Both the position numbers and the translations under genes were made by a program. A stretch of 64,000 bases of DNA from Candidatus Fermentithermobacillaceae bacterium. Lineage in GTDB: Bacteria; Bacillota; Sulfobacillia; Fermentithermobacillales; Fermentithermobacillaceae. This document shows positions 1-9,538 of the stretch, in pieces. Every line of letters starts with the position of its first letter. Position 1 is the first letter of the stretch. Where the stretch lies: NCBI GenBank assembly GCA_012841375.1, contig DUUV01000121.1:30186-94185 (forward strand), read 5' to 3'. The notes under the pieces were generated by a model. The model made no database searches. It was given only the letters and a program-made list of their open reading frames with translations, and was not told the DNA's origin.

Positions 1-197
1 CACCGGGCACGCGACGCACTGTCCGAGTTCGGCAAGGACGCACGGGCAATAAGGCGAACCTGCGTCGAAGCACGGGGCAATACTCAACACAACTCCCCCT
101 TTCATCTCAGGGTATGAGCGGCGCCTGCCCTTGGCTCGCATAGGTCTTCTCATTCAGGGGCAAAAGGATCTCGATTTCCGGGAACGCCGGCAAAAGA

Positions 198-1430
198 ATG
201 AAGGGCGGAGTGCGTATGACTTGGCGAGTTCTCATGTTGGCATGGGAGTATCCGCCTCATCACGTCGGAGGACTGGGGAGACACGTCGGACATCTTAGCA
301 GGACACTTCTCGAGCGAGAGGCCGAAGTCACGGTCCTCACTCGTTCGGTCTCCAGTGAGACCGAGCGGTGGGACGATGACGGTGTCAGGGTGGTATCGGT
401 CGCTCCTTTCCGGCTTAACCCACCCGATTTCATCACCTGGGCGGCCCAGTTCAATGTGGCGCTCATGGGAGTGGCGGCCAAAGAATTCTCCCCGGGGGAT
501 TTCGATGTCATCCACGCCCATGACTGGATCGTTGCCTATGCTGCGAAAGCCATCAAGGAGGCATGGAAGAAGCCTCTCATCGCCACCATCCACGCCACAG
601 AGTTCGGGCGGCAGCGAGGGCTGCACAATCCAATGCAGGCTCACATATCCGAGACCGAGTGGTGGCTCTCCTATGAGGCGTGCCGGGTGATCGTGTGTAG
701 CCGCTACATGGGGGCGGAAGTGGGAGTCGTGTTCGGAGTCCCCGGCGATAAAGTGAGGGTTATACCCAACGGTATCGACTCTTCCTGGTTCATGACGCGG
801 CGGCGGAAGGCCGAGCGCCCGTTGGTCATCTTCGTCGGGCGGCTGGTGATCGAAAAAGGTCCGCTTGTGTTGGTCGACGCCATGGCCGAGGTGGCGAAGA
901 GATTTCCAGACGCGGAGCTGGCATTCGCCGGCAGCGGTCCTTTGGAAGGGGAGCTCAGGTCGCGCATAGCGCGGAGCGGCCTCGAAGGTCGTGCGCACCT
1001 ATTGGGGCGACTCGATGACAGGCGGCTCCGGGACTTGTATTCGAAGGCGTGGGTGGCCGCGTTCCCCAGTTCGTACGAACCCTTCGGCATAGTTGCCCTC
1101 GAGGCGATGGCCACTGGAGTGCCCGTGGTGGTAGGGAACACCGGAGGTCTCAGGGAAATCGTAACTGCCGGAGAGACGGGACTTGCGGTCGAACCCAACA
1201 ACCCTTCGGCCCTGGCAGGCGCCATATCGGCCCTCTTCTCCAATCCGGACCGTGCCGAGGAAATGGCAGGACGGGCCAAGAGAGTTGCCCTCGCCGAGTA
1301 CTCATGGTCGGACATTGCCGGGAAGACCGTCGCCGTGTATGATGAGGTCCTGGGGGTACCGGGCCTCGGAGATGGAGATCTTCAGACTAAAGAAAAGAGG
1401 CACCGTATTACGACCGGGGCGAGAGTGTAG
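198..1430 (+). CDS. Glycosyltransferase family 4 (group 1, GT-B fold)
   Basis: 410-aa ORF; N-terminal WEYPPHHVGGLGRHV motif and C-terminal EAMATGVPVVVGNTGGLREIV sugar-nucleotide binding region typical of GT4 retaining glycosyltransferases. Start may be ATG 198 or ATG 216. Confidence 0.8.
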   Translation: MKGGVRMTWRVLMLAWEYPPHHVGGLGRHVGHLSRTLLEREAEVTVLTRSVSSETERWDDDGVRVVSVAPFRLNPPDFITWAAQFNVALMGVAAKEFSPGDFDVIHAHDWIVAYAAKAIKEAWKKPLIATIHATEFGRQRGLHNPMQAHISETEWWLSYEACRVIVCSRYMGAEVGVVFGVPGDKVRVIPNGIDSSWFMTRRRKAERPLVIFVGRLVIEKGPLVLVDAMAEVAKRFPDAELAFAGSGPLEGELRSRIARSGLEGRAHLLGRLDDRRLRDLYSKAWVAAFPSSYEPFGIVALEAMATGVPVVVGNTGGLREIVTAGETGLAVEPNNPSALAGAISALFSNPDRAEEMAGRAKRVALAEYSWSDIAGKTVAVYDEVLGVPGLGDGDLQTKEKRHRITTGARV

Positions 1431-1448
1431 CGATGCGGGGGAGAAACC

Positions 1449-2264
1449 GTGATTGAAGCCATAAACCTCACCAAGAGGTACGGTTCGCTTACGGCCGTGG
1501 ACAACCTGAGTCTCGTGGTCAAGCCGGGAGAAATCTTTGGGTTTCTGGGGCCAAACGGAGCCGGAAAGACGACCTCTATTAAGATGCTGGTGGGGCTCCT
1601 GAGTCCTACGAGCGGCAGGGCCGTAGTGGACGGCATTGATGTGGCCGAGGACCCGGTAGGGGCCAAGAGGGTTCTCGGATATGTGCCCGATACTCCGGAG
1701 GTCTACGAGAGGCTTACGGCCAGGGAACTCCTTCGATTCGTCGGTGACCTGAGGCGTCTTCCGCCGGTGGAGACCGAAAATCGGATCGAAGAACTGATGG
1801 CCCTCTTCGAACTCACCGACCGACAGGACGAGCTCTTGGGTGGCTATTCTCACGGCATGAGGCAGAAGGTCTGTATCGCCGCTGCCCTTCTCGCCAGGCC
1901 AAAAGTCCTGTTCTTGGACGAGCCCACGGTCGGGCTGGACCCTCGGAGCGCCAGACTGGTGAAAGACGTCCTCCGGACCATCGCGGATGACGGCGGAGCA
2001 GTTTTCGTCTCAACCCACGTGCTCGAGATAGCCGAGAGGATGTGCGACAGGGTAGGCATCATCCAAAACGGCGTTCTCATAGCCCAGGGGACTGTTGCGG
2101 AACTCAGGTCAAAGGCCCTGCCCGGCGTCGAAGGCGCAGACGCTTCGCTGGAAGACCTCTTCCTGAAACTGACCGGCGGCGAAGAGTATAGGGAGCTTAT
2201 CAGCCATCTGTCTTCAGACCGGCCTTCATCCGAAGGACCTTCCGGCGGCGCCCGGGCCGGATAG
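1449..2264 (+). CDS. ABC transporter ATP-binding protein (ABC-2 type)
   Basis: Walker A GPNGAGKTT, Q-loop, signature-like YSHGMRQKV, Walker B LFLDEPTVGLD, H-loop; GTG start; 11 nt upstream of permease gene. Confidence 0.9.
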   Translation: MIEAINLTKRYGSLTAVDNLSLVVKPGEIFGFLGPNGAGKTTSIKMLVGLLSPTSGRAVVDGIDVAEDPVGAKRVLGYVPDTPEVYERLTARELLRFVGDLRRLPPVETENRIEELMALFELTDRQDELLGGYSHGMRQKVCIAAALLARPKVLFLDEPTVGLDPRSARLVKDVLRTIADDGGAVFVSTHVLEIAERMCDRVGIIQNGVLIAQGTVAELRSKALPGVEGADASLEDLFLKLTGGEEYRELISHLSSDRPSSEGPSGGARAG

Positions 2265-2274
2265 GGGGAAGGTC

Positions 2275-3981
2275 ATGGAGTTCATCTGGATCATACTCAG
2301 GCGCGACCTCAAATCTCTCTTTACATTGAGAGGAAAGGGTTCGCTCAGAGAGAAACTGGGGCTCATGGCAGGCGCCGTTGTCTGGTTTGGATTGGGCGCC
2401 GTCCTAAACTACGGCGCGCTTAAGATGTTTCAGTTCCTGGCAGGGTCTCTCAGCGTGGTCCCCGAGCTCAGGAGGGCCGTGGAGATCAATGTGCTCAACG
2501 GGTCTTCATTGTTTGTCCTTGTCATGGTTCTCCTTATGGGTATCCAGACGACCTACAAGACGGTATACGAGTCGGCCGACGTAGGCTTCTTGCTCTCTCA
2601 GCCCGTACCGGTATGGACGGTGTTCGGAGCCAAGTTCGTGGTATCGTTCGCCACTACGCTCGTCCTTTCGATCTTGTACGGGTTGCCCGTTTGGATAGCC
2701 TTTGGTTCTGTCCGCGGTCTCGGATCCGGTTTCTATTTCCTGGCAGCGGCGGGATTCGTCACGCTTCTCCTGGCTGCCCATGCGGTACTGAATCTTCTTC
2801 TGATGGCGGCTATGAAGCACCTCCCGGGACGCAAGATGAAGCAGATGTTCATCGCCTTTTCGGCCGTCTTCGGTGTACTCATTGTCCTCATGAGCCAATT
2901 ACTGAGCTCCAGAATGAGTCGCGCAGGCGATCCCGTAGCCATGATCGAAGAACTGGGCAAAGGGCAGCTCTCCAGGATGTGGTACTTGCCCAGTACATGG
3001 ATGACCAACGGCATATTGGGGAGCGTCGCCGAGTTCGGCATCGACGGCACCAAGGGGTGGGTAGCGCTTCTGCTCCTGGCCGCCGGCGCTACTTATGCGG
3101 CTTTGACCCTTTCCACCAGATGGTACCTGAGCGGTTGGTCCGGGCGCGCAGAGGAACTGGTACCTGCCAAGAGGAAGCGACGGCGGGCTGCCCGCGTCAC
3201 GGGTAACCGGTTGCAGGGCGTGTACTGGTCTGTCCTCCGTAAAGACCTGAAGACCCTCTGGCGTGACCCGGTGGTATGGTACACGGTGGTTGTCGGTGTC
3301 ATCGGCCTGGCCTTCTTCGCCTACAACATGATGGGGGCAGTCTCTCAGGGGAGCGAGGGAACTCCGGGAGCGATGGACGGGGCCGGCGCGTTCTTACCTT
3401 CATCCATCATGATAGCCATGCCGGCCTTGATGGGCGCAGTCACCTCTTCGCAGACCGGAGGCGTTTCGCTCTCCCGAGAGGGAAAATCATTCTGGATCTT
3501 GAGGGCAGGGCCGGTGAACGCCCGGTCGCTTGTGTTGGCCAAATTCACCTACGCTATCTTGCCGCCACTTGCCTTCGTGTCCGCGTTCAGCGTGTTCCTG
3601 GAATTCACGGGCCTTCCTCACCTCTCCTTGTGGTTGGCCCTTCCCATTGGCTTCATATCCTCTGCGATCTTGGCATCCCTTCAGATACTGCTTGACGTGT
3701 ACTATCCTGACTTTGAACTGAAAATCGAGCTGGGGGCCGGAGTCGGCGGCAGAGGGACGGGCAAAGTGCTGATTACCATGTTCTCATCTATGGCCATGGT
3801 CTTCTTGATAGCCCTTGTCCTCCTGTCACCCGTGCTCCTTGAGTCCAGACTCGGGGAGGGAGCCGGTCCGGCCGTAACTTACGTCTCATACCTTGTGCTC
3901 ATCTTGTTGGCCTTCGGCATGATCTGCGCCCTCCTGGGACCGGGCACGAGGAGGCTCTCCAGGATGCTTGCTGATATGTGA
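2275..3981 (+). CDS. ABC transporter permease, large polytopic membrane protein
   Basis: 568-aa ORF made of many hydrophobic helices, immediately downstream of the ABC ATPase (operon partner); no specific family recognised. Confidence 0.55.
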   Translation: MEFIWIILRRDLKSLFTLRGKGSLREKLGLMAGAVVWFGLGAVLNYGALKMFQFLAGSLSVVPELRRAVEINVLNGSSLFVLVMVLLMGIQTTYKTVYESADVGFLLSQPVPVWTVFGAKFVVSFATTLVLSILYGLPVWIAFGSVRGLGSGFYFLAAAGFVTLLLAAHAVLNLLLMAAMKHLPGRKMKQMFIAFSAVFGVLIVLMSQLLSSRMSRAGDPVAMIEELGKGQLSRMWYLPSTWMTNGILGSVAEFGIDGTKGWVALLLLAAGATYAALTLSTRWYLSGWSGRAEELVPAKRKRRRAARVTGNRLQGVYWSVLRKDLKTLWRDPVVWYTVVVGVIGLAFFAYNMMGAVSQGSEGTPGAMDGAGAFLPSSIMIAMPALMGAVTSSQTGGVSLSREGKSFWILRAGPVNARSLVLAKFTYAILPPLAFVSAFSVFLEFTGLPHLSLWLALPIGFISSAILASLQILLDVYYPDFELKIELGAGVGGRGTGKVLITMFSSMAMVFLIALVLLSPVLLESRLGEGAGPAVTYVSYLVLILLAFGMICALLGPGTRRLSRMLADM

Positions 3982-4038
3982 TGGGGACCGTGTGGACTTG
4001 AACCGTGCATACGGTGTCACCAGGAGAGGAGACCGCGC

Positions 4039-4971
4039 ATGAATGCTCTACAGGCTGCTATTCTAGGACTCATCCAGGGTCTCACCGAGTTCCTTCCGGT
4101 GTCAAGTTCGGGACACCTTCTTCTCGGGTCCTTCATTCTTGGTCTTCCTGCGCCGGGGCTCTCTCTGAGCGTCCTCCTTCACCTGGGTACCGCTTTCGCC
4201 ACCGTGGTGATGCTGTGGGACGAGATCGTTTGGCTATTAAGGGGGCTTTTTTTACCCGCTTCAGGCCGCCAACGGGCACGAGCCCTGACTATAGTAGGGC
4301 TTCTCATAGTGGCGTCAATACCGGGCGCCATGGTCGGCCTCTTCTTCGGCGATTTTCTCGACGCGATTTTCAGTTCCGGAGGGGTGGCCGCCGTGGGTCT
4401 CATCCTGACCGGGTTCGTGTTGCGTTGGGCGGGAAGGTTGTCTGGAAGACATGAGAGAGCCTCCGCGGACTCTCGCATTGATGGGCACTCGACGCCTGAA
4501 GGACAGGAACTGAGGTCCGGCCCGAGCCGCAGGACCGGGAGGAGGAGCCGGCGAGGACATGGCCGCGGTTCTGATGAGCGGCTTCTCGATACGGTCAACT
4601 TGAGACGCGCCGTAATCGTCGGGCTCTCCCAGGCCGTAGCCGTCATTCCCGGCATATCCCGGTCCGGCGCGACCATGGCTTCGGGACTGGTCTCAGGTAT
4701 GGAAAGGGAGGATGCCGCCAGGTTCTCCTTCCTCCTCGCCCTCCCCGCCATTTTCGGAGGGGCTCTCCTAGACTTCAGGCAAGCCATCAGCGTAGGTGAG
4801 TCTGTCGTAAGCCCCCTTGGACTTCTGGGAGCGCTGGTGGCCTTCGCGGCAGGCATATTCGCCCTTTCCCTTGTGTTCCGCGTAGTCAGAAAAGGTGATC
4901 TCTCCAAGTTCGCGTACTACTGTTGGGCGGCCGGCGCGGCCTCGCTTATCTACTTGATGTTCAGGCCCTGA
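4039..4971 (+). CDS. uppP: Undecaprenyl-diphosphatase UppP (BacA)
   Basis: N-terminal LTEFLPVSSSGHL and central PGISRSGATM...ARFSFLLALP motifs diagnostic for UppP; RBS GGAGAGGAG upstream; carries an about 45-aa Arg/Gly/Ser-rich insertion (nt ~4444-4580). Confidence 0.85.
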   Translation: MNALQAAILGLIQGLTEFLPVSSSGHLLLGSFILGLPAPGLSLSVLLHLGTAFATVVMLWDEIVWLLRGLFLPASGRQRARALTIVGLLIVASIPGAMVGLFFGDFLDAIFSSGGVAAVGLILTGFVLRWAGRLSGRHERASADSRIDGHSTPEGQELRSGPSRRTGRRSRRGHGRGSDERLLDTVNLRRAVIVGLSQAVAVIPGISRSGATMASGLVSGMEREDAARFSFLLALPAIFGGALLDFRQAISVGESVVSPLGLLGALVAFAAGIFALSLVFRVVRKGDLSKFAYYCWAAGAASLIYLMFRP

Positions 4972-5008
4972 TACCACCTAGGCGTCTCCTTCAGACGCGG
5001 CGTTCAAG

Positions 5009-5527
5009 ATGCACCATTTCCTATGGCCGCTTCATACCATCTACCGGGGGATCAATTTGTACAGACCACAGTTCTGGTCCTACGCTGCCGACCTTGGCCA
5101 TATCTACATCGATGTTCCCACACGAACCCTGGTGTTCTATTACTCGGGTCGCCAATACGGACCCTATCCGGTCGGTCTAGGGAAGCCCTCCACTCCTACG
5201 CCCCAAGGCAATTGGAAAGTGGCTGAAAAAGACCCCAATCCTTGGTGGGAAGTCTTGGGCTCCAGATGGATCGGCCTCAACATACCCTACGGGTCATACG
5301 GTATCCACGGGACCAACGCCGACTGGAGCATCGGCGGCTATGTGTCCAACGGATGCATCAGGATGCACAACTGGGACGTGGAGACCATATATCCTTTGGT
5401 CGTCCTAGGCACACCTGTAACAATCTCAGGCGCTTATCCTGCACGGTACCAGGGCTCAGAGTGGTGGCATTCGGTCCGGGCGAAGAACGAGAAGAGGCGA
5501 CGCATAAGGAGCGTCCCCGTCATCTAG
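5009..5527 (+). CDS. L,D-transpeptidase catalytic domain protein (YkuD family)
   Basis: YPVGLGKPSTPTPQG...HGTNADWSIGGYVSNGCIRM matches the YkuD fold with catalytic His...Cys (SxGCIRM); no signal peptide visible. Confidence 0.75.
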   Translation: MHHFLWPLHTIYRGINLYRPQFWSYAADLGHIYIDVPTRTLVFYYSGRQYGPYPVGLGKPSTPTPQGNWKVAEKDPNPWWEVLGSRWIGLNIPYGSYGIHGTNADWSIGGYVSNGCIRMHNWDVETIYPLVVLGTPVTISGAYPARYQGSEWWHSVRAKNEKRRRIRSVPVI

Positions 5528-5582
5528 GACTCCAGCCGGCGCCCAGGTCCCACGGGAGCACTAAGGTTTTTGTGGCTCCGTA

Positions 5583-6053
5583 ATGGAGGGAGCGTGTTGC
5601 CGTTTGCCGAATCCCTCGTCAGACGAAACGCTGACGGGAGGCTTAGCCATGAGGTTATGCTCGTATTCGGACCGGTGCTCGGGGTGCAAGGTATGCGTCC
5701 TCACTTGCGCCCTGTCCAATCACGGTCTCAACAATCCGAAACTAGGCTCTGTCTCGATACTACCCCGGTTTCCCGAGCCGGGGCTCTTCGAGCTCGGAGT
5801 CTGCACCAAATGTGGGGCATGCAGGGACGCTTGCCCGGTGGGGGCCATACAAGAACAAGCCAACGGGTTCTACCGGGTCGACCCTTCGTTGTGCGTGGGG
5901 TGCGGCGTGTGTGTCGAGGAGTGCCCTCAGAAGGTCATACGCATGATCCCCGAATCAAATGTCGCCTTCACTTGCGTTGGGTGCGGTGAATGCGTGAAGT
6001 ACTGCCCGAAAGAGGCCATAGTCGACCTTGATGGCGAGGTGAAGAGAGTATGA
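5583..6053 (+). CDS. 4Fe-4S ferredoxin-domain protein (polyferredoxin, AOR partner)
   Basis: Four CxxCxxCxxxCP cluster motifs; stop overlaps AOR start (6050-6053); true start may be ATG 5649. Confidence 0.8.
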   Translation: MEGACCRLPNPSSDETLTGGLAMRLCSYSDRCSGCKVCVLTCALSNHGLNNPKLGSVSILPRFPEPGLFELGVCTKCGACRDACPVGAIQEQANGFYRVDPSLCVGCGVCVEECPQKVIRMIPESNVAFTCVGCGECVKYCPKEAIVDLDGEVKRV

Positions 6054-7909
6054 CGCTGGGCGGATACATGGGGAAGATCCTGCATGTGGATCTCACCACC
6101 GGAGAGTCTTTGACAGTACCTACGGGAGAAGACCTGATTCGTGATTATGTGGGTGGGCGCGGGTTTGTGGCCAAGCTCCTTTGGGACCTGGTTCCGCCGG
6201 GTACCGAACCGTTCTCAGAAGACAACATCGTGGTCATCGCTCCCGGACCCTTGACGGGAGTCTACATGCCGGGCTCGGGAAAGGTCCACATGGGGACCAA
6301 ATCACCCGCTACAGGTTGCTATGGAGACTCCAACATGGGCGGCCACTTCTCTCCGGAGATAAAATACGCCGGATATGATGCCATAGTCATCAAAGGCAAG
6401 GCTCCGGAGCCGTCGATACTGGTCATAGATGAGGATTCGGTGAGGCTCGAGGGCGCAGGCGATGTCTGGGGCGCAGGCGCGATCACCGCGGAAAAGAGAC
6501 TCAAGGAAAGACTGGGCGAAGACTTCCAGATCGCCGTCATAGGTCCCGCCGGCGAAAACCTGGTCAAGTACGCATGCATATCCCACGACTTCGGCAGACA
6601 GGCGGGGAGGACTGGCATAGGCGCAGTCTGGGGGTGGAAGAACCTGAAGGCCGTCTGCGTCCGTGGAAGCCGGTCGATCCCAATAGCCAAGCCCCGTGAG
6701 GCGTTTGACAAAGCCAAAGAGATGTACGCCACTTGCTATGGCAAACCGGGTTTCAAGGCGTGGACGCCCTACGGCACGGCCGAGGTAGTCAACTGGGTGA
6801 ACAAGGTCGGGGCGTTCCCAACCCGCAACTTTTCAGAGACCTACTTTGAGGGCCACGAGGGAATAAACGGGCAAGCCCTGGTGGACCGGGTGAAACTCAT
6901 AGACAAAGGGTGTTTCGGATGTCCGACGCCCTGCGGGAAGTACTCCAAAGCCAAGACCTCTCTAGGCGAGGTCAGAGTGGAGGGGCCCGAGTACGAGACC
7001 ATCGCGCTCCTGGGCGGAAACGTCGCTCTTTCACAAATCGAAGAAGTGGCCTATGCCAACGCCGTTGCGGATGAACTGGGGCTTGACACCATATCGGGCG
7101 GCAACGCCGCCGGTTTCGCCATAGAGTGCTTCAAGAAGGGACTCCTAACCGAGGAGCAGGTGGGTAGGGTTCTCGACTGGGGTGATCTCGCGTCAGTAGT
7201 CTACCTTCTCGAGAAGATCGCCAAGAGGGAAGGCATCGGCGACATCTTGGCCGACGGGGTGAAGGCAGCTTCAGAGCGCATCGGTGGAGATTCGGAGAGA
7301 TTTGCCATCCAGGTCAAGGGTCTCGAGTGGTCGGGGTATGAAGCAAGATGGGCACCCTCCATGATGATTTCTTACATGACGTGCGACGTCGGGGCCCACC
7401 ACAACCGGTCTTGGGCAATCACCCATGACGTGGCGACCGGGAGAGATAACCTTGAGGGCAAGTCCGAGAAGGCCATCGAACTGCAGCACATAAGGCCGCT
7501 CTTCGACGCGTTGGGACTCTGCAGGCTCCAGTGGGTCGAGATAGGCTTTGAACTCGAGAACTACGCCGAGGTATTCCCGCTGGTGACGGGAATCGAAGCC
7601 CGCTGGGAAGACCTCCTACGGGTGTCGGAGAGGATCTGGAACCTGACCAGAGCCTTCAGTGCCCGGGAGGTGGACGGATTCGGAAGGTTGTGGGACTACC
7701 CGCCCAGGAGGTTTATGGAGGAGCCGGTGCCGTCGGGCCCGGCTGAGGGGAAAGTCTTGACCAGAGAGCAGTGCGATCATCTGCTGGACGATTACTACGA
7801 CAGGCGAGGCTGGACCAGGGAGGGCATTCCGGGCGAAGACAAACTGGAGGAACTGGGACTCGGTTTTGTGATCCCCGAGCTTACCAGAAGAGGGTACATA
7901 CTGAAGTGA
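6050..7909 (+). CDS. aor: Aldehyde:ferredoxin oxidoreductase (tungsten-containing AOR family)
   Basis: 619 aa; N-terminal GKILHVDLTTGE...DYVGGRGF and overall length/composition characteristic of the AOR family; coupled to the ferredoxin and MoaD-like genes. Confidence 0.9.
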   Translation: MTLGGYMGKILHVDLTTGESLTVPTGEDLIRDYVGGRGFVAKLLWDLVPPGTEPFSEDNIVVIAPGPLTGVYMPGSGKVHMGTKSPATGCYGDSNMGGHFSPEIKYAGYDAIVIKGKAPEPSILVIDEDSVRLEGAGDVWGAGAITAEKRLKERLGEDFQIAVIGPAGENLVKYACISHDFGRQAGRTGIGAVWGWKNLKAVCVRGSRSIPIAKPREAFDKAKEMYATCYGKPGFKAWTPYGTAEVVNWVNKVGAFPTRNFSETYFEGHEGINGQALVDRVKLIDKGCFGCPTPCGKYSKAKTSLGEVRVEGPEYETIALLGGNVALSQIEEVAYANAVADELGLDTISGGNAAGFAIECFKKGLLTEEQVGRVLDWGDLASVVYLLEKIAKREGIGDILADGVKAASERIGGDSERFAIQVKGLEWSGYEARWAPSMMISYMTCDVGAHHNRSWAITHDVATGRDNLEGKSEKAIELQHIRPLFDALGLCRLQWVEIGFELENYAEVFPLVTGIEARWEDLLRVSERIWNLTRAFSAREVDGFGRLWDYPPRRFMEEPVPSGPAEGKVLTREQCDHLLDDYYDRRGWTREGIPGEDKLEELGLGFVIPELTRRGYILK

Positions 7910-8157
7910 GCCATCCGGAGCCGGTGAGGATCACGGTTACGTGTATGGGGCACTCGGGGTGTTACTTTCCCGGTGGCGGCGAAACTCAAGTGTTTGAGTG
8001 CGTTCCGGGGGAGACCATTGAGATGTTTCTGGAGAGGCTTGGCGTCAATACCGACCTCTTCATGTACGCCGTCGTGGGCGGTGAGAAGCGAGAACTCTCT
8101 CACGTCCTACGGGATGGGGATGACGTTCTGCTGGTGTCTCCTCTAATGGGCGGGTGA
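7906..8157 (+). CDS. MoaD/ThiS-family sulfur-carrier-like small protein
   Basis: About 83-aa protein ending in ...PLMGG (C-terminal Gly-Gly), GTG start overlapping AOR stop by 4 nt; the long N-terminal extension in the ORF track (7771-) overlaps AOR and is rejected. Confidence 0.55.
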   Translation: MSHPEPVRITVTCMGHSGCYFPGGGETQVFECVPGETIEMFLERLGVNTDLFMYAVVGGEKRELSHVLRDGDDVLLVSPLMGG

Positions 8158-8196
8158 CCTAGATATCAGGTAACCCGAGCCACAGGTCTTGAAGGT

Positions 8197-8239
8197 GGCG
8201 CTCCGCATGACCCGTTTGTGGGAAGCGGAGCGCCTTTCC
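8197..8239. terminator. Bidirectional terminator-like hairpin (10-bp perfect stem GGCGCTCCGC/GCGGAGCGCC, T-run)
   Basis: Perfect inverted repeat 8197-8206 / 8225-8234 followed by TTTCC; lies between the convergent moaD-like (+) and small membrane peptide (-) genes. Confidence 0.45.
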
Positions 8240-8404
8240 TTAGCGGAAGATCGCCCTGAAGATGGCCCCGATAGTGCCGAACACGGCCTGCAGGACCGCT
8301 CCAACTATGCCGAAGCCGATGCCCAGAAATGCGCCGACGATTCCTCCCAGTAGCAGAAACCCGCCGACTACCAGCAGGATTAGTCCCAAACAACCCGTTT
8401 TCAT
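8240..8404 (-). CDS. Small hydrophobic glycine-zipper membrane peptide (54 aa)
   Basis: MKTGCLGLILLVVGGFLLLGGIVGAFLGIGFGIVGAV...; GGAGG RBS 7 nt upstream of ATG; the longer ORF-track version (to 8491) lacks an RBS. Confidence 0.4.
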   Translation of the reverse strand: MKTGCLGLILLVVGGFLLLGGIVGAFLGIGFGIVGAVLQAVFGTIGAIFRAIFR

Positions 8405-8468
8405 GATCAAGACCTCCGGTTCCCACGACTCTCGCTTCTCGCTATTACGTCGCGGGGGGCTAGAGGTA

Positions 8469-8705
8469 TCAGTGGACCCCCGGCGGGCCACCTGGGATCG
8501 TAAAACCCACCTGCTTTCCCGGCTGCCACTCGGGGTTCAGGTAGTCGCTGGGATTGGTTGACACCAGTCTGACAATCCGCGCGCTACCGTTTACGAGCTC
8601 CATGACGAAGGTTTTTCCATCCATCTCAATGGTGAAGTAATGCGGCTCTTCTCGCTCGCCTTGCCCCATGACCTGGTCCGGCGGAAGCACCGTGTAGATC
8701 ACCAC
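8469..8705 (-). CDS. Small conserved protein, possibly YlzJ-like (partner of ClpP-like TepA)
   Basis: 78-aa ORF whose start overlaps the stop of the upstream ClpP-like gene (translational coupling); family assignment from memory of the tepA-ylzJ neighbourhood only. Confidence 0.4.
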   Translation of the reverse strand: MVIYTVLPPDQVMGQGEREEPHYFTIEMDGKTFVMELVNGSARIVRLVSTNPSDYLNPEWQPGKQVGFTIPGGPPGVH

Positions 8706-9505
8706 TGGGGTTCACCTCGGTTGTCCGGCCTCGTGGGCTCGCCCTTCTGGGACCCTTGTGGGCCGTCCCCGGAGTCCATAGGCTCGGGTCCGTAAGGCTG
8801 GGGCGGTTCGGCATCGGGGGAGGGGCCGGACTCCTTCCCGTCAAGATCGGCCAGTTCTCTTAGTTTTCTCACTGCCTGACTTAGACCCCCGACGGCGTCT
8901 ATGAGTCCGGCTTTCACGGCTTCTTCGCCCACAAGTACCGTGCCGATATCGCGGGCGAGCTCACCGGTACGGAACATGAGGTCGCGAAACTTCTCTTCCG
9001 AACACTTTGAGTTGGCTACAACGAATCTGATGACGCGATCCTGCATTTTCTCCAGATACTCATAGGTCTGGGGCACCCCGAGGACGGTGCCTGCGAGCCT
9101 GATGGGATGTATGGTCATGGTCGCCGAATCGGTGATGAACGAATACCTCGACGCCACCGCCACCGGGACGCCGATGCTGTGTCCGCCCCCCAAGACAAGC
9201 GATACCGTCGGCTTCGACAAGCTCCTGATGAGCTCGGCGATGGCGAGCCCGGCCTCAACATCTCCGCCCACAGTATTCAAGAGGATGAGAAGCGCAGACA
9301 CGTCCGGGTTCTCTTCGACGGCTACCAGCTGAGGGAGGACGTGTTCGTACTTGGTGGTCTTGTTCTGGGACGGAAGCACTATATGGCCTTCGATCTGGCC
9401 GATAATGTTAAGGCAGAAGATGCTGCTCTTCTGCTCCGGCAGGGTCTGGACACCCAGTTCTTTGAGGTTCTGTGTCCGCTCCTGACTCGTTTCTCCTTGC
9501 GGCAC
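8699..9505 (-). CDS. ClpP-family serine protease paralog (TepA/YmfB-like)
   Basis: ClpP-like core [14 protein letters not shown]...[11 protein letters not shown]...MTIHPIRL (Ser/His positions conserved) plus a Pro/Gly/Glu-rich about 60-aa C-terminal tail. Confidence 0.75.
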   Translation of the reverse strand: MPQGETSQERTQNLKELGVQTLPEQKSSIFCLNIIGQIEGHIVLPSQNKTTKYEHVLPQLVAVEENPDVSALLILLNTVGGDVEAGLAIAELIRSLSKPTVSLVLGGGHSIGVPVAVASRYSFITDSATMTIHPIRLAGTVLGVPQTYEYLEKMQDRVIRFVVANSKCSEEKFRDLMFRTGELARDIGTVLVGEEAVKAGLIDAVGGLSQAVRKLRELADLDGKESGPSPDAEPPQPYGPEPMDSGDGPQGSQKGEPTRPDNRGEPQW

Positions 9506-9538
9506 TCGATCACATCCTGTTCACCAAGTAGGTTGCCC

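Noticed and set aside
150-1315. Long minus-strand ORFs (150-998, 704-1315, 260-511) antisense to the GT4 gene
   Set aside because: They lie entirely inside a well-supported plus-strand gene, have no RBS or recognisable domains, and are typical shadow ORFs of high-GC DNA. The same reasoning covers the many other antisense or overlapping ORFs in the track (e.g. 4179-4907, 16299-16871, 28020-28849, 46222-46866, 53496-54780, 57092-57874).
7771-7905. N-terminal 45-aa extension of the MoaD-like ORF
   Set aside because: It overlaps the AOR 3' end in another frame with no RBS; the GTG at 7906 gives a protein of canonical MoaD size.
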